From contig OZ244779.1 in the NCBI GenBank assembly GCA_965219575.1, positions 1,164,769 through 1,228,768 of the forward strand: a stretch of 64,000 nt of DNA. The letters run 5' to 3'. This document shows, one piece after another, positions 63,288-64,000 of the stretch. The DNA is from Candidatus Oxydemutatoraceae bacterium. Its GTDB lineage: Bacteria; Pseudomonadota; Gammaproteobacteria; Poriferisulfidales; Oxydemutatoraceae. A model generated the notes under the pieces. It saw only the letters and a program-made list of their open reading frames with translations. It was not told the DNA's origin and ran no database searches. A program made the position numbers and the translations under genes. Numbering within the stretch: position 1 is the stretch's first letter; every line of letters starts with the position of its first letter.

Positions 63288-63730
63288 AACATGCGTTTAG
63301 TTTACAGAGGTCGACGAAGCACGGCGGCTTCACATTGATAGAAGTCATTATCGTCGTTGCCGTTTTGGCGGCATTAACCGCCAGTGCGATTTATGCACTG
63401 GCACCGGGCGATAAAATTTCGTCGGCGGAAGAGGCCGGATTAAAACAGATACTGATATCCAGAGTGCCTACCGAATTGACCCAACATCGTTTGAAAAACG
63501 GTGATGTGTCGGGTTTTAAGCTGTCCGATAATAGTGTGGTTTTTATGGAGAATTGGCCGGGTGTCAAAAAAAGCAATAAGCTGAAGTTTACCCCCACGGC
63601 ACAAAAACTCACTCTGGAGATGGAGACCACATTCGACGCCACCAATTTGATGAACTCCCTGGCGGCGATGCAAAATGTTACCGCCGGCATCTCGAGTAAA
63701 GTACTGAAAGTAGAGTACACCGTCCGGTAG
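63284..63730 (+). CDS. Type IV prepilin/pseudopilin
   Basis: Class III signal KHGG|FTLIEVIIVVAVLAAL (F+1, E+5). Confidence 0.9.
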   Translation: MKHAFSLQRSTKHGGFTLIEVIIVVAVLAALTASAIYALAPGDKISSAEEAGLKQILISRVPTELTQHRLKNGDVSGFKLSDNSVVFMENWPGVKKSNKLKFTPTAQKLTLEMETTFDATNLMNSLAAMQNVTAGISSKVLKVEYTVR

Positions 63731-63741
63731 AAAGCGCGGCG

Positions 63742-64000
63742 ATGTTTGCTTGGCGAATTCAAAGGGTGAGAGGAAACGGTAATTTGCGCGAAACCGTCAT
63801 CCCCGGATTGAATCTCGAGCGTGCGCTTGCCACGGCCGGTTATGACCCGAGCGGTATCGTCAAAGCCGAGAGATGTCTGCATTACGACGGGTTGGTTGCA
63901 AAGATTTCGCCACAGGCACAGATGATTTTTCTGATGAAGTTGCTACCTTATTATATTTCCGGTGTTCCCGACCAATCGGCACGGTTATTTAGAACCTATA
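63742..64000 (+). CDS. Probable GspF/PilC-family platform protein, N-terminal part (runs off the window)
   Basis: ATG 11 bp after the pilin stop, open to the window end: MFAWRIQ...QMIFLMKLLPYYISGVPD, like the F..QL..LL.SG.P motif of GspF/PilC. Operon context agrees. Confidence 0.55.
   Translation, partial: MFAWRIQRVRGNGNLRETVIPGLNLERALATAGYDPSGIVKAERCLHYDGLVAKISPQAQMIFLMKLLPYYISGVPDQSARLFRTY

Overview
This is a bacterial, probably diderm (proteobacterial-like) window, and most of it encodes two giant modular surface-protein genes in tandem on the + strand. The first is a 5'-truncated gene (<3..6218) made of near-identical ~1.95 kb modules. The second is an intact 46.6 kb gene (7566..54173, 15,535 aa). 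It has a Sec signal peptide, Calx-beta-like domains, 18 GLUG-type beta-helix super-modules and a long stalk of cadherin-like beta-sandwich domains. Both proteins end in the same 14-residue motif, IRIx[VA][RK]VFLEGx[FL]Q-stop, and I see no known secretion or anchoring domain in either. The 1.3 kb between them holds two small genes, a TSD-flanked MITE carrying GTAG-type REPs, and fused IS256 and IS3 relics. Downstream lie an alpha/beta hydrolase, an NDUFA9-like SDR, a second MITE copy and a GT25 glycosyltransferase. The window ends in a divergent, translationally coupled type IV filament/T2SS-like operon (lipoprotein secretin, three accessory genes, PulE/PilB ATPase, prepilin, partial GspF/PilC). 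The best candidate for an undescribed system is giant adhesin-like proteins tagged by a conserved C-terminal 'VFLEG' strand, diversified by cassette exchange and possibly exported by the adjacent machine. All calls come from reading motifs by eye; no searches were run.
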